Positions 1 to 14,207 of a stretch of 64,000 bases of DNA are shown piece after piece. Both the position numbers and the translations under genes were made by a program. Position 1 is the stretch's first letter. Every line of letters begins with the position of its first letter. Source of the DNA: Yuukianura sp. NJ FZ-2021 (taxonomy: Eukaryota); the NCBI GenBank assembly GCA_046563655.1, contig CM102285.1, positions 682,001-746,000 on the forward strand, read 5' to 3'. The notes under the pieces were generated by a model that saw only the letters and a program-made list of their open reading frames with translations, did not search any database and had not been told where the DNA came from.

Positions 1-466
1 TGGCGAATTGTTGCAAAAAATGTGCGAATTGTGAGTAGTCAGACCAAAAACGGAGGACTTAAGGGCCCTTTAACTTGTGAAGTGTTTTGGTGGTGCCTTG
101 ACTTGGATTTGAGGGTGGAGTGGGTGTTATATAAGGTCACAAACATCACTTCTTACTAGAGCACTCTCATTTTGGCATGTCATAATCTCACATACACAAC
201 TTCAAAAAAAAATTCAACATTTTTTTTGAATAGTTTAAAAAATTTCAGTTTAGAAATTAAAAAAAAGTCTCTTGACTAAAGTGAATCGAAATTTAGTGTA
301 ACACCAAATGAAGTGACGGAAATAATTGGATCACTATGAGGGTAAAATTGTTGCAGTTTTGTTTAAATTTTAAATTAAATTAAATTAAACCTTATTTATT
401 ATTAAATTATAAATATATTTTAACACTTTAATAATGCTTTTAAAATTATAATAACAAATTGGAAAT

Positions 467-2365
467 ATGTTTTTGTTTGTGCTAAAAAAGTTTTTAGCGT
501 TTTTTCTCATTCTGCCGTTTGTGCACTGTGTTGTGGCTGTTCCTGGGTTCGGAAACTACGGATACGATGGACGTGGACACCGTGGATACAACGCCGTCGG
601 ACAGAAATATAAATCACATGACTACTACGTAAGTAATTTTCAAAAAATGTTAGAAAACATTTCCAACAAAATTTTTAGAAAAATTTAAAAAAATACACAG
701 CGTTACTGTAAAGTATTACTTTTCTTTAAAGTTGAGATATTTAATAGGTTTTAGTAGAGAAAGAGATTATGAATAACTTAAAGCATTTTCAGTTCTGAAA
801 CCCAGTAATTACATAATTACATTGCAGTAATTATCTGAAATTTCGTAATTACAGAGAATAGAGAAAGTCGAATAATTAAGTCGAATTCAAACAAATTTGG
901 GCCTAAATTGTTAAATCAATTAATCAATTTTTAGGCGAAGCCCCAGTACGCATTTGGTTACGAAGTAGATGACTACTACACGCAACTCTCGCATGGACGC
1001 TGGGAAGTTCGTGATGGTGACGTAACACAGGTAAAACTTAAAAAAATCATGCGCGGTAAAATTCAAAATTTGTTTCGAAAAAGCGCCAATTCAAATTTGA
1101 AAATTTTCAATTGCAGGGTCAATACCGTGTACTTTTACCCGACGGACGCATACAGGTAAGAACTAGAATTCAATTTTTTTCTTGAAGTAATTTATAATTG
1201 TAATTAGGGGCGGAGTTAATTTAGGGCTATTAAAAAATCAAGTTGGTTTAATAGAAAGTAAAATTTTAGGCAGCAAAAGAGCGCGAAAATTTAAATTGGT
1301 ACTTAAAAATTATGTAACGCCTAGTAAATTTACGCATTTTCCATTTCGTTTTGAGTTGTTCTATTTTTTGATCCGCATTTTCATCCTGTCATACACGGTT
1401 TAACAACACACAAAAAAGTGAAAGTTTTTCACACTTTGAGCTTTGTAATTAACACCCAATTTTTATTAGCAAAATTTTTTTTAAGTTTTGTTTTCCAAAA
1501 ATTAATTATCAGAGACAATCATTTTTTTTTCGTACAAAAATTGATTGATTTTGTGTTTGGAGTTTGTTGGTTCTCAGTATCTCGACAATGCATTTGCGAA
1601 ATTTTTGCACAAACAGAGCGAAAGTTGTAACAGTTTGAAATCCGAGTGCTAGGTACTAATTGGAAGAGAAAATTAATTAGTTCAACGGAGTTTAATTAAT
1701 TAGCTGACAGTTTTTAAGGAGTAGTTGCGAAATGTAACACGGCTCAGCACTGCGCAAGCGCAGTTAGGCCTAATTGCAATGCTCAAATTTTCGCTACAAT
1801 TTTCTCAATTGGTGCATTTTTTGTTCAAGTGGCGATGTTGCGTAATATTTGTTTTTATTAAAGTGGAATGAATTTGTGGAAATTCATAAAAATGTTTGAA
1901 TTCGTTTTTCTCTGACATTGTTTTTAATTTTTTTTTTTGAAAAAGATTGTGTCGTACATTGCTGACAAAGGTGGGTATCGACCCACTATTCAGTACATTA
2001 ACAAGGGAGTGCACCCACCACCACCCCCACCCTACGTCAACATCAAACCGCCCAAGGGCATTCCGGATCCGTATCTCCATGGCAACAATTTTGTAGCAGC
2101 GGCACCTTTACCTCTACAACCACCAATCACAAACTTCGGAGGACCGTTGAAAGTTGATGTGAAGCCGCTGGGATTCGACCTGGCGCCTTACGGTCACGGA
2201 GGTCAAGGTCACTACGGTGCAAGTGATCAGCTTTTGTTCGGACCAAGTTCAAAACGGGAAGTGACACTCTCTCCGGACAAAATTTCCCAGCGCAGAGCTC
2301 TCCTTTATGATCGCACTCTATTTCGACGTGACATTCCCCAACCAGCCACAACTCCTCGCAAATAA
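467..2365 (+). CDS. Cuticular protein, RR-2 chitin-binding type; exons 467-628, 935-1030, 1117-1155, 1946-2365
   Basis: Signal peptide. GT-AG splicing gives PQYAFGYEVDD...EVRDGDVTQGQYRVLLPDGRIQIVSYIADKGGYRPTIQY (Rebers-Riddiford consensus), then a Pro-rich tail. Confidence 0.9.
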
Positions 2366-2842
2366 GTTAAACTGAATTACATAATTAAAATAAATATTTA
2401 AAAAAAATCTCAATTTCATATTTCTAAAAAAATCGAATTACAAAATTTATATAAAACAACGATTTTAGTAATTTTTTTAATTACTTAACCAAATTTTTAG
2501 TAATTCTCTTTTTTAGTGTTGAAATTTATCAAAAATTTCTTTAAAAAAAATCATAATCAGTTTGAAATGAATTAAATTTTTTTGAATAATTTCGAAATAT
2601 CTCAAAACATAAAAAGTCAAAAGAGATTTATGCGAGTGACATTATAAAAATGCAAAGAATCTGAATTCCGAAAAGGCAGTGTTATAGCGGAACCATAAAA
2701 ATTATTTTTGCAGAGTCATCACACTACAGTAAGCCTAAAGATATAGTTTAATTTCACACTTTTTCCAAAAGTGTCATAAATCCTATTCATTTCAATTTTA
2801 AGTGCACCACTTACTGTGGCTCAGCGGGTCACTTTTAGTAAA

Positions 2843-3120
2843 ATCTGACCTCAGCCCCCTGCAAATGGCGCCCATAGCAACCAACGCAATTTTTTGTTTG
2901 TGACGTCACCAGCTGAAAAATACCGTAATCGTGAAATTGGAATCCGCTGGCATTTATGTAAACAAGATGTGTCTTACGGGTTTCTATAGGACACCACCAA
3001 TAATTGGCAGAATTCCGGTATTTTCAGCGGGTGACGTCATTTTTTTCTCCACATGGCAACCAAACAAACTTTCCATTCGCACTACCTAGTAGTATTCTAT
3101 TTACCTTGATCTGACCTCAG
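2843..3120. mobile_element. Small insertion with 12-bp flanking direct repeat and internal inverted repeat
   Basis: ATCTGACCTCAG at 2843-2854 and 3109-3120. Internal imperfect inverted repeat TGACGTCACCAGCTGAAAAATACCG / CGGTATTTTCAGCGGGTGACGTCA. Confidence 0.5.
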
Positions 3121-4686
3121 TTTTTATGTTTTTGAAAATTGCACATTAACAACTTGCATAAAAAATAGTTACAATAGCAATTTTATATAATTTTTGTGTC
3201 AAGTGCCTCCACAGAATTTTTAAAATCCGTCTGCTGTTGATAATTTTCGTAATAAAAGTAGTATTTAGCAAGTTTTGAGGACAAAATTTAAACAAGTATA
3301 ACTTAAGTTAAAGTTTTTGAAATTTTGAATTTGCACAAATTTTTTGTTAATGGGGGGGAACTAGTCTGAAATGAGTGTTTTTTAGAGACAAAGCCGTGGG
3401 AAGCTGTTCAAGGTCAAAGGTTAGCCGATTTAGACTCTTCCTTTGTCCAGTGAACTACTAACTATAGTTAGCGTTGCGTGCCAACATGTGTCATCATTAT
3501 ATTGGCATGTAGAATCAAGGTCAGTGTGAAGATGAATAAAAACAGGTCGTTATAGTTTGTTCAAGTAGTTAATTCAACACGAAATAACAACTTAATTTTG
3601 CAAAACATTTCGCAACATACAAAAAACTGGAACTGCCTTCACGTACCCGCAAAAAGTCAGTTTTAGTTCCTACAAACAATGTAAAAAATGTTCACAGAAA
3701 CAGATTTCATTAGTATTAGAACTTTGAAATTGTGATTTCTTTACATGAAATGCTATGTGTTGAAGCTAAATGGAGTAAATGCTGAGTGGATGCTAAATGT
3801 GGGTGATAAAAGTGACAGCTAGAAGATAGATTAACCAGTGCATTGCAAGGTCAAAGGTCACCAACACAAATCCTGTTTGAATCCTCTAAGCTTAGTAATA
3901 GCTTTAACATGTCGAAGAATTTCCAAAACATGCAAGAATTCAAGGCTACCACTACCAATAGGAATAAATTTCCAAATTTCAAGAAGTTTGAAGGAGCTGG
4001 GACTCCTCTGGACGGACATTTCCGGACGTTAGGTCTATCGGAGTGTAGTCTCGACTGAGGTCGAAGTGCCATGTACAATATGAACTTATGTGAATTACTC
4101 GTTTGTGTATGTCGGATTCTGTACAGAAAAGATCACATGACCGACCGCAAATCTCCGAACACAATTGACATGGAATGATGAAATTATGTGACTAGACTGT
4201 GTTAGCAGGTGACCAAATGGAGATATTACGTAAAATATTATGCTAATCTTACAAAGTCAATTAACAAAGTTGTTCATGGCCTGTCCAGAATCCAGAATGC
4301 AAGGACGATTGTATAATACGCAGATAACTAATTTCAAGTAGTTTTTCATTATAAAAACAGTACTTGTGTTGAATAATTTTTTGTGCTACAGGTAGGCGAG
4401 TCCGTCCATGGAATGTCCAGAACGAAAAATGCTCATCTCTAAAACCATAGTGCACCATTACACTGTCAGTTTGGAGTAGCCAGTTGACTTGAAAGGACCT
4501 TCGAAGATCCCGTTACGAAACTTGTCACAACAAGCAATAAGGGCCACTCATTTCATTGCTATTGATCGCTTCCGCAGGGTAAGTCTATTACTAATTCAGA
4601 ACAATTGCATATTTCATGTCGATTGTCACGGAAAGACTCATACCTTGGAAACTTTCTCTGTTTAGGTTTCGTCTCCGTTCTGAATC

Positions 4687-7062
4687 ATGTCGGGTACAGT
4701 TGGTGAAGCGCAACATGGTAACGCAGGTCACGGTCATTGCTGTGATCATGGTGACGGTCACCAGGTAGCGGATAACGGTAACTGTCGTCCTGGATACAGA
4801 ACACCCGAAGAGGCAATGAAGGGACCGAGAGAGCAGATTCTTTACATTCCTTGCATACATGCGGACAAAACGAAACCGGACTACTTAGCAACGGTGGACG
4901 TTGACCCTACGAGTGACAAGTTTCTACAAGTAAGTTAGTCCAATCAGAACGTCAAATTCACCAAGGTCATTCATAAGTTGTTAAATTTTTAGGTCATTCA
5001 TCGTCTCCCAATGCCTAACATCGGAGACGAACTTCATCATTCCGGTTGGAACATTTGCAGCAGTTGCCACGATGACAATAAGGACAATATCTGTCGTGAC
5101 AAGCTCATTCTTCCGTGCCTTCTCAGTGACCGAGTGTATGTCGTTGACATGTCGAAGGATCCAAGGGCCCCTATTTTGCACAAGACGATTGAAGCTGAGT
5201 GTCTCCATAACCTTGATCTGTCCACACCGCATACCACCCACTGTCTTCCTACAGGAGAGATCATGATCTCTACAATGGGCAAAAAAGACGGCTCAGGTCA
5301 AGGATCTTTTCTCATGCTGGATGCCAAGGACTTTAAAGTCAAAGGTAAGTACTGAATGAGTGTTGATAAATGAGTGTTGGTGGACTACTAAACTTCTAGT
5401 GGCTTAATTGACACCTCCACTAAATATCCACTGGAAGAAATGTACCCAAAATGGATGAAAGTATTAGTGGATAGAAAAAATTAAGAATTTAGCGTGAAAT
5501 TAAAGAAAATCAAATTTAAAATTACAAAATAATAGCAAAGAGTTTCTTTCAGTTAATTATTTACTTAAAACTCCTACAAAAAGGATATTTCCTTTGCTTT
5601 TGTACGGTTTTTGAATTGTGTAAGCTTTTTGTATTTAATTAATTCAAATCCCGCGGGCAAAGCTCATCTCCTTTGGATTCATCCATTTTTCTATTTCTTC
5701 CACTAGATATTGAACCGTGGATGAAATCCCAAAAACGTGGATATCCACCAACACTGTAAAAATGATATTTAAATCACAGATAATCATCACATGTTGTGAT
5801 ATAATAAAAGATTGTCTAAACAGTAATAAGACGGCAGTTTTAGATACGAGAGAAATTTAAGATTGCAGTTGGGTAGATAGTAAACTAACATTAGTGAGTA
5901 ATTGAGTTCGGATATTTTGATTGACAGGAACGTACTCATGTGACACGACTCCATTTGGATATGACTTTTGGTATCAACCGTACTTTGATGTAATGATTTC
6001 TTCTCAATGGGGAGCTCCAAAGGCATTCAAGGCCGGATTCAACCCAGCAGACGTTGACGCTAGTAACTGAAATCAAAGTTATTTGAATTCCCGCGCCTTT
6101 TTGCATTAACAATCTGAATGTAACTTAACTTAATTTGAAATTTCAGAACTCTATGGAACTGCCATCGACGTCTGGAGTTGGAAAGAGAAGAAGGTCAAGC
6201 AGACGATTGACTTTGGGAAATCTGGAATCATGCCCTTGGAAACCCGTTTTTTGCATAACCCAAAGAAGGCTCTTGGATTTGTCGGATGTGCCCTATCTAC
6301 TACCGTGTTTCATTTCCACCAATCAGCGGACAAAACGAAATGGGAAGCTGAGCAAGTCATTGCCATTGAGCCGAAGAAGGTCACTGGATGGCTGCTGGAT
6401 GAAATGCCCGGAGTTATGACCGACATTTTGATTTCCATGGATGACCGATTCCTGTACTTTAGCAACTGGATCCACGGAGACATTCGACAGTACGACATTA
6501 CGAACCCTGCTTCTCCGAAGCTGGTTGGACAATGCTGGGTCGGAGGATCCATTGTCAAGGGAGGTCCTGTAAAAGTCATCGGGGATGAAAATGTAAGTTT
6601 AGAAGTTCAATGTCTAGAACAGGTGAAGTTTATGTTTGTATTTTTTTACGTTTTCAAAACAAATGTTTTCAGAATCAACCAGAGCCACTTGTAGTCAAGA
6701 ACAGAACGGTCACCGGCGGCCCGCAAATGTTGCAGCTCAGCTTGGACGGAAAGCGTTTGTACGTCACAACTTCCCTCTTCTCTCCATGGGATCGTCAATT
6801 CTATCATAACTTGCTTGAGTAAGTTTTACATTTAAAATTTTTTTTATAAAGAATTAGGATAATCCTTTTTTTCTTGATTTGCCTTAGAACTGGAACCGTT
6901 CTGCTCCAGATTGACGTGAATACTGAAACAGGAGGATTGACCGTAAACCCAGATTTTTTGGTTGATTTTGGGAAGGAGCCCGATGGTCCAGTTTTGGCAC
7001 ACGAAATCCGATACCCTGGAGGAGACTGTACTTCGGACATCTTTCTTGCCTGTTGTGACTAA
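4687..7062 (+). CDS. SELENBP1: Selenium-binding protein 1 / methanethiol oxidase, copy 1; exons 4687-4929, 4993-5344, 5928-6062, 6147-6592, 6673-6818, 6888-7062
   Basis: Family motifs [77 protein letters not shown]. The spliced frame is intact. Confidence 0.95.
5373..5755. mobile_element. MITE-like insertion in intron 2 of SELENBP1 copy 1
   Basis: Terminal inverted repeat AGTGTTGGTGGA / TCCACCAACACT. This intron is about 580 bp versus about 120-130 bp in copies 2 and 5. Confidence 0.6.
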
Positions 7063-8027
7063 TTTACCTACCATAAACTCAATATTCTGCCTTGGACCAA
7101 TCAGCTCTAAGCTCAACCCATATTATAACTATTGGTCAAACTCTTTCCAATTTATATTTAGCTTCAATCAATACATATTTAGAAAATATTTCTTCAGTTA
7201 TTAGTGCGAATAATGCTCAAGAAAATTTGATATCGATTATTGCAAAACGGAATTTTTCAAGTTTGAGACACCTTAAATTTTAGAATTGGAATACACTTTT
7301 CAAAATCCTAACACGAGCAAATTTTAGAGTTGGAGATATGAAATTTCTGCGAAGGGTCAAACTATGAGTGAAAATTTCTTCCCGATTTTGACGGCTAACT
7401 TAACTTACATAAGTGAGAAGGCCAAATCGTTTTGAGATTCGCACAAATTTTGTGTTGGTGGGATTACTAGTTTACTCAGGTGTAAAATGACAAAATGAGA
7501 AATAGCTTGTTTAGATCATCGTCACCAGCAGAAATGTTGATTGGATCTTCCAAGTTCAGGATTAACTTGTCAAGTATCCTGTCGAAAACCTTTTAAATCA
7601 AATATACAAGGTGACCTATGCCATTAAATTGAATTTCCAATCAAAGGAGCTGGGACTCCTTTGCACGGACATTTCTGGGCGTGAGTCGCTATCGGTGTCT
7701 ACTTTCGACTGAAGTGGAAGTGTGTTGTACATTTTTGACTTATATGAATTACTCGCTAGTGTATTTCACGGGCGCTGTACAAAAAACATGTCATGACAAA
7801 CCATCAGTCTCCGGAAGCAAATGACATGGAATGATGGAATTATGTAAACTAGATATCATCAACAACTCAAAAACTTCAGCTGATGTAATAAAGATATTAA
7901 GGCTAAGCATACAAAGTTAATTGGGAGGTTTTTCATGGCCTGCCCGCACTCCGGAGTTGAAGGACGATCGTAAAATAACCTAATGAGGACTTAATCCAAT
8001 CCAGTTAATTAATAAAATTTAATTACT

Positions 8028-8249
8028 TACAGTAAAACATCTAATATATGCTGGCGCCCAGTATATAATCATCTCTATAATATAATTATTTATAACCAGC
8101 GTCTAATAATATAAATATATAACCAGCGTCTAATATAAGCATAATGTAGAGCGGAATTTTGAAATAGAAGCTGGTGTCCAGTACAGTCCCTGTGTCCGGA
8201 TGAGCAAAAAATAGTAATAGAATAGGCTTCTGTGAGGAGTTTTATGGTA
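8028..8249. mobile_element. MITE-like element, TACCGTAAAAC-terminal family
   Basis: Ends TACAGTAAAACATCTAATA...GAGGAGTTTTATGGTA. It is absent from the homologous upstream region of copy 5 (~17490). Related ends occur at 9179 and 24983-25150. Confidence 0.55.
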
Positions 8250-8565
8250 AACGCAATCGGTTGATCGTAAACAATTAATTTAAAGTTGCTTTTCGTCAGA
8301 ATATTTTTTTTCTGCTAATAGGTATGTGCTTGCGTCCATGGATCGTTCCTATAAAAAGTCGTGAAAAGGCCCAGTTGCAAAATTCGTCCCACAGTATTCG
8401 TTCAACAGTAACAAAAGCCGGTGGTCTCGTCGCTTTTATTCGTTTCCGCAGAGTAATTCAATTACTAATTCAGAACAATTGCATATTTTATCGTCTATTG
8501 TCACGGAGAGAATCATGCCTGAAAACATTCTTTTTTTTGGTTAGATTTCGTCTTCAATCTTAATC

Positions 8566-10446
8566 ATGCTGGGATCAGCTTGTGACAACAAAGGAACGGG
8601 TAAAGGTAACTGTCGTCCTGGATACAGAACACCCGAGGACGCAATGAAAGGACCGAGAGAACAGATTCTGTACGTTACGTGCATTCAAGCGGACAAAACA
8701 AAACCTGACTACTTGGCCACCGTGGACGTTGACCCAAGGAGCGACAAGTTTCTGCAAGTAAGTCTCCGATCAGTCGGTCACCAACGTCACTCACAAGTTG
8801 TTAATTTCTTTAGGTAATTCATCGTCTCAAAATGCCTTACGTCGGTGACGAACTTCATCACTCGGGTTGGAACATTTGCAGCAGTTGCCACGATGACAAT
8901 AAGCATAATATCCGTCGTGACAAGCTCATTCTTCCGTGCCTTCTCAGTGACCGAGTGTATGTCGTTGACATGTCGAAGGATCCAAGGGCCCCTGTTTTGT
9001 ACAAGACGATTGAAGCTGAGTGTCTCCATAACCTGGATGTATCGGCACCGCATAGCCCCCACTGCCTTCCGTCCGGGGAGATTATGATCTCCACAATGGG
9101 CAAAAAGGATGGATCAGCTCAAGGATCTTTTGTCATACTGGATGCCAAGGATTTCAAAGTGAAAGGTACGTAATGCAATACCGTAAAACTCCTAATAAAC
9201 GCACGTGCGCTTACTCACAATCATGCTAGTTAACAGTTATCAAGTCGGTTGACATAAGTAATTTTTGCGTATTTTGATTAACAGGAACGTACTCATGCGA
9301 AACAACTCCATTCGGGTTTGACTTTTGGTATCAACCGTACTTTGATGTGATGATTTCTTCGCAATGGGGAGCTCCAAAAGCATTCAAGGCTGGATTCAAT
9401 CCAGCTGACGTTGACGCAAGTAACTGAAATTAATATTATTTAAAATCTCACACATTTATTACCTTTATAACCTGTGTCTAACACTAAAAAAATAACAACA
9501 TAATATCAATTTATAGAACTCTATGGCAATTCCATCCATGTCTGGAGCTGGAAGGAGAAAAAAGTCAAGCAAACGATTGACCTTGGAAAATCAGGAATCA
9601 TGCCGTTGGAAACCAAATTTTTGCATAATCCAAAACGGGCTCATGGATTTGTTGGATGTGCCTTGTCAAGTACTGTGTTTCATTTTCACCAATCAGAAGA
9701 CAAAACGAAATGGGAAGCTGAACAGGTTATTGCCGTTGAGCCGAAAAAGGTCACTGGATGGGTCATGGATGAAATGCCGGGAATTATGGCCCACATCATG
9801 ATTTCCATGGATGATAGATTCCTGTACTTTTGCAATTGGTTCCATGGAGACATTCGGCAGTATGATATTACGAACCCTGCTGCTCCGAAATTGGTTGGAC
9901 AATGCTGGGCGGGAGGATCCATTATAAGGGGGGGTCCTGTTAAAGTGATCGGGGATGAAAATGTAAGTTTTATTAGTTCATGTTCTGAAAAAGTTGAAGT
10001 ACTTTTAGTTTGTACTTTTTCATAGTGTTTAAAAAATGTTTTTAGAATCAACCGGAACCGCTCGTCATCAAAAACAGGACAATCGCTGGCGGACCGCAAA
10101 TGATACAGCTCAGCTTGGACGGAAAGCGTTTGTACGTTACAACTTCTCTCTTCTCTGTATGGGATCGCCAGTTCTATCCTGAGTTACTTGAGTAAGGTTT
10201 TCATAAAAACGTAAAAAATATTATAAAAATTGTTGTTTTGCAATTTTCGTTTTTTTCTCTCTTTTTCTGAGAACTGGATCCGTGATGCTCCAGATTGATG
10301 TAAATACAGAAACAGGAGGGTTGACCGTGAACCCGGATTTTTTGATTGATTTTGGAAAAGAACCCGATGGACCAGTTTTGGCCCATGAAATGCGATACCC
10401 TGGAGGAGACAGTACTTCAGATATCTTCCTCGCCTGTTGTGATTAA
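8566..10446 (+). CDS. SELENBP1: SELENBP1 / methanethiol oxidase, copy 2 (6 coding exons)
   Basis: Same motifs and intron positions as copy 1; ends [21 protein letters not shown]. Confidence 0.93.
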
Positions 10447-11539
10447 TTAACCCCACCCAACCTGAGCCCATTCAAACCTTTTAACCAATCACAAGCTCAA
10501 TATCCGGCCTTAGTTTAGTTATTAATCCAACTAGTTTCAATTTTTATTTAGCTTCATTCATAAAAGTCAAAAACATTCAAAACCTTTTTCAAACTCCGTC
10601 ATGTGAATAATACTGTGCTCAAAATTCAGTACAATCTTTTTGCAATTTCTTCCTTGAGTTTTACTTTTCGCACTAACGACCACTACAATTATTACAAAAC
10701 GGAAAAATTTTCCCTAAATGGTCGAAACCGCACAAATGTTTCCTTTTCGGACTATTTGCGGCAGATCATCAACTTTTCAACTTTTATAGTAGAAAATACT
10801 TTTTCATTTATTTGTACTTTCATTTATACTTTTCAACTATTTCAGTAAAATTATATTTTTGGACTCAAAAAATTTTTTCCGAAAACAACCGCAGACTGAC
10901 ATACGCATTCAAAGTGTGGTGCAAAAAGTTATTCTTAAAATTACAAAAGTTGAACTTTCTTGCGGAAGAAGTTCTATTTGGAGGAAACTTTCCTGGTCTA
11001 AGTTCCAAGTTCACAAAGCTAAATATAATTTAAATTTTCCCGCATATTGGTTTTAACGTCGTCTTCACGCATATAACGCAGGTTGTTGTCCCAGGTTGAA
11101 AAATTCTCGGAATTTTTCTTCTTCAACTTTCCAAATTTCCAATTTTGAAAAAAAAAAAACAACAACAGAAAAGAGTCAATGAACTTTTCAGCTTTAGCTT
11201 ATTTTTTAAATTCTCCCTCCAAACGGCGCGTATAAATATGTGTGGATTCAACTTCATGAATTTATACTTCAAAAACTTCACAAAAGGTACTTCACTAAAC
11301 AGAAACCAAAAGTATTTCACGGCGCAGAAGCTGCAAACACTTCACTGCGCAGGAGTAGAAATTAGACTCCAACTTTTGCACTACTTCATTTCCGCTGAGT
11401 TTGTGGTGAGTTTCTAAAAAGTTTTTGCGTTCTGCTCATCGTTGTTTCTAAAATTGAACTTTTTAAGTTTTCGAATGAGACTTCTGAAAAACTGTCTTTC
11501 TAATTAACTTTGTTTGAAAATTGTTCCTTAGCAACAGAG

Positions 11540-14207
11540 ATGGATTTGATGGACAAAGGCGATGATCCTACCGGATTGGGGAGTGTAACAGGCGGGCTAG
11601 GCGGTGCTGTGCAAGGAATCGTTGACAAAGTTGCCACTGCCGCAGCACAAGCCAATCAAAAACCGCAGTGCTCCGCTGGGTATGCTTCTCCAGCAGAAGC
11701 CATGAAGGGCCCTCCAGAAAAACTGCTCTACATTCCATGTATTCAAACGAAACCGTTTCCTGACTACTTGGCCACCATTGACGTCGATCCAGAAAGTCCG
11801 ACTTTCCAACAGGCATGACAACAAAATCAACTTTTTTGAATTTGGCGCTCTTTTTAAATCGTTTGGCGCCATTTCTAATTAATTTTGACTCGTCTAAGGT
11901 TATTTATCGGACCGAGTTTCCTTTCATTGGAGATGAGCCGCACCATACTGGGTGGAATGCTTGCAGCAGTTGCGATGGGAACGTAATGTGTCGTGACAAG
12001 TTGATCATGCCGTGTCTCGGGTCGGACCGGATCTACATTATTGACATGGCGAAGGATCCGAAGAAACCTGAACTGTTCAAAGTCATTGGAGCAGAGGAAA
12101 TGCACAAGTTTGGTCTCGCTAGTCCGCACACTCCGCACTGTCTCCCGACTGGAGAAATCATGATAAGTACCATGGGCAACCCCAATGGAGATGGTCTAGG
12201 GTCATTCCTTATGCTTGACTCTCGGAACCACTACAAGGCCATTGGTAAGAACCCTCTACGTTAATGACATAAGTTAATCTAAAAAAAAACATGTAAACAA
12301 AAATTTTAAGTTACGAAAACTACTTCATGATTTTGCTATTCTTGTCTAGTTGTCCAACTGTCTGTCTGTCCGCCTGTTTGTCTGTTTGTCCGGCTTAATT
12401 ACTTTGCGGACTAACTTCATCGACCAAACTAGTTTTCATTAAATGACGAAAGCTACTTAATGATATCCTGTACCTGTCTCTCTGTCCGTCCGTCTGTCTG
12501 TGCTACACCACTTATTTCAAATAATAATATTGATGAAACAGATAATACAAATATTTGAACATAACATTAATATAAACTATTTTATTATTTTTGATTAGGA
12601 ACGTACTCTTCTGATACGACGAAATACGGATATGATTTTTGGTACCAACCGTACTTTGGGGTCATGGTGTCCACGGAATGGGGAAAACCATCTGTCTTCA
12701 AAAAAGGATTTGATCCCAAGGACCTTGGAAGTAAATAAATAAATTTATATTATATATAATAGATTACATATTTAAAATATATTGATATTTTAAGAGCAAT
12801 ATGGACAATCCATCCATATCTGGAACTGGGGCCAGAGGAAGAAGATCCAAGACATTTTCTTGGGTGACAGCGGGCATTTGCCTCTGGAAGTTCGGTTTTT
12901 GCACAATCCGCGTGCACCGCATGCGTACGTGGGCTGCGCCATTTCCTCAACCGTGTTCCATGTTGGGCGAAATGAGAGTGAAACTGATCCAAGTAAAAAG
13001 TGGTTTGCCAAGAAGTGTGTCGCTATTAAGAACAAGAAGGTCAAGAATTGGGTGTTGCCGGAGCTTCCTGGAGTTGTCACTGACATTTTGATATCGATGG
13101 ATGACAAGAGGTTGTTTCTAAGCAACTGGCTCCAAGGCGACATCCGATGCTACGATCTATCTGATCCAAATGCTGCAGAACTACCGTTGCTCGGTCAAGC
13201 TTTTGTAGGAGGAGTGGTTGACACGAAATCCAAGGCACAATACGTTGATGAGGCAAGTTGATACGATTTTTTTATTAAAACCTAAAAATTACTTAACTTT
13301 TTAGTTATTACCTAACAAAATCTGATAGTTGTTTGTCCGTCTGTAACTTATGGCATGAGAGATAAAGAACGAGAATAGAAAAGAATAAGGCTCCGAGTGA
13401 GATTCGAACCCATGTCTCTTCAATCCGGTAAGAGCTCTAACCCTTGAGCTAGCAGGCCCCACTCTAAAAACTCTCGAAGCATGGAGCAGATGGAAGCGCA
13501 GCTACTTCCGCTCTTCTCTTCAATGCGATCTTCATCCTGTGGCGACTAGGAGGGAGACTGCCCCATCCTCTATCCTAATAACGTGATAGTTCAATGGTTA
13601 GAGCTCTTCTAGTATTGAAGAGATGTGGGTTCCAGTCCCATTCGGTTCTTTATTTTTTATATGAATAAATATGAATATTATATTATATTATATTATATTA
13701 TATTATATGAATAAAATGTAACGCATTTAATTTCCGGACAGAAACCACGTGAGCGGCTTGTGATTAAGGGACGGACGATTCACGGTGGACCTCAAATGCT
13801 GCAATTGAGTTTAGATGGAACACGGCTGTACACTACGACATCTCTGTTCTCACCGTGGGACAAAGAATTCTACCCGGATTTGATCAAGTGAACTCTAGAA
13901 TCTCAAAATTTAAAAAAAAATTCCGAAAGTATTAAAATTTGAATTTTAACTTTTTAATCTAGGTATGGATCTGTATTGCTCCAATTGAACGTGACGCCAA
14001 AGGGAGAACTGTTTGTGAACAAAAACTTTTTGGTTGACTTTGGGAAAGGAACCGAACGGCCCTGTTTTGGCACACGAAATCCGATACCCGGGAGGTGACT
14101 GTACTTCCGACATTTTCTTGTCGTGTGGAATCGATTCGGGAAGCACCGGCGGTAGATCTGCTACCCAGAATGCGGAAAGTTCTGAGATTGCTGCAGAAAC
14201 TTCATAA
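11540..14207 (+). CDS. SELENBP1: SELENBP1 / methanethiol oxidase, copy 3 (divergent; two GC-AG introns; +1 frameshift near 14045, probably an error)
   Basis: [71 protein letters not shown]. Both termini are extended. Confidence 0.9.
13388..13460 (-). repeat. tRNA-derived (SINE-head-like) sequence in an intron of copy 3
   Basis: Reverse complement has A-box TAGCTCAAGGG and B-box GGTTCGAATC. The anticodon loop is irregular (9 nt). Confidence 0.6.
13582..13655 (+). repeat. Second tRNA-derived sequence, inverted relative to the one at 13388
   Basis: TAGTTCAATGGTTAGAGCTCTT...TTGAAGAGATGTGGGTTCCAGTCCC, alignable to the reverse complement of 13388-13460. Confidence 0.55.

Noticed and set aside
13388-13655. 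Functional tRNA genes
   Set aside because: Irregular anticodon loops and poor acceptor stems; treated as tRNA-derived repeats.
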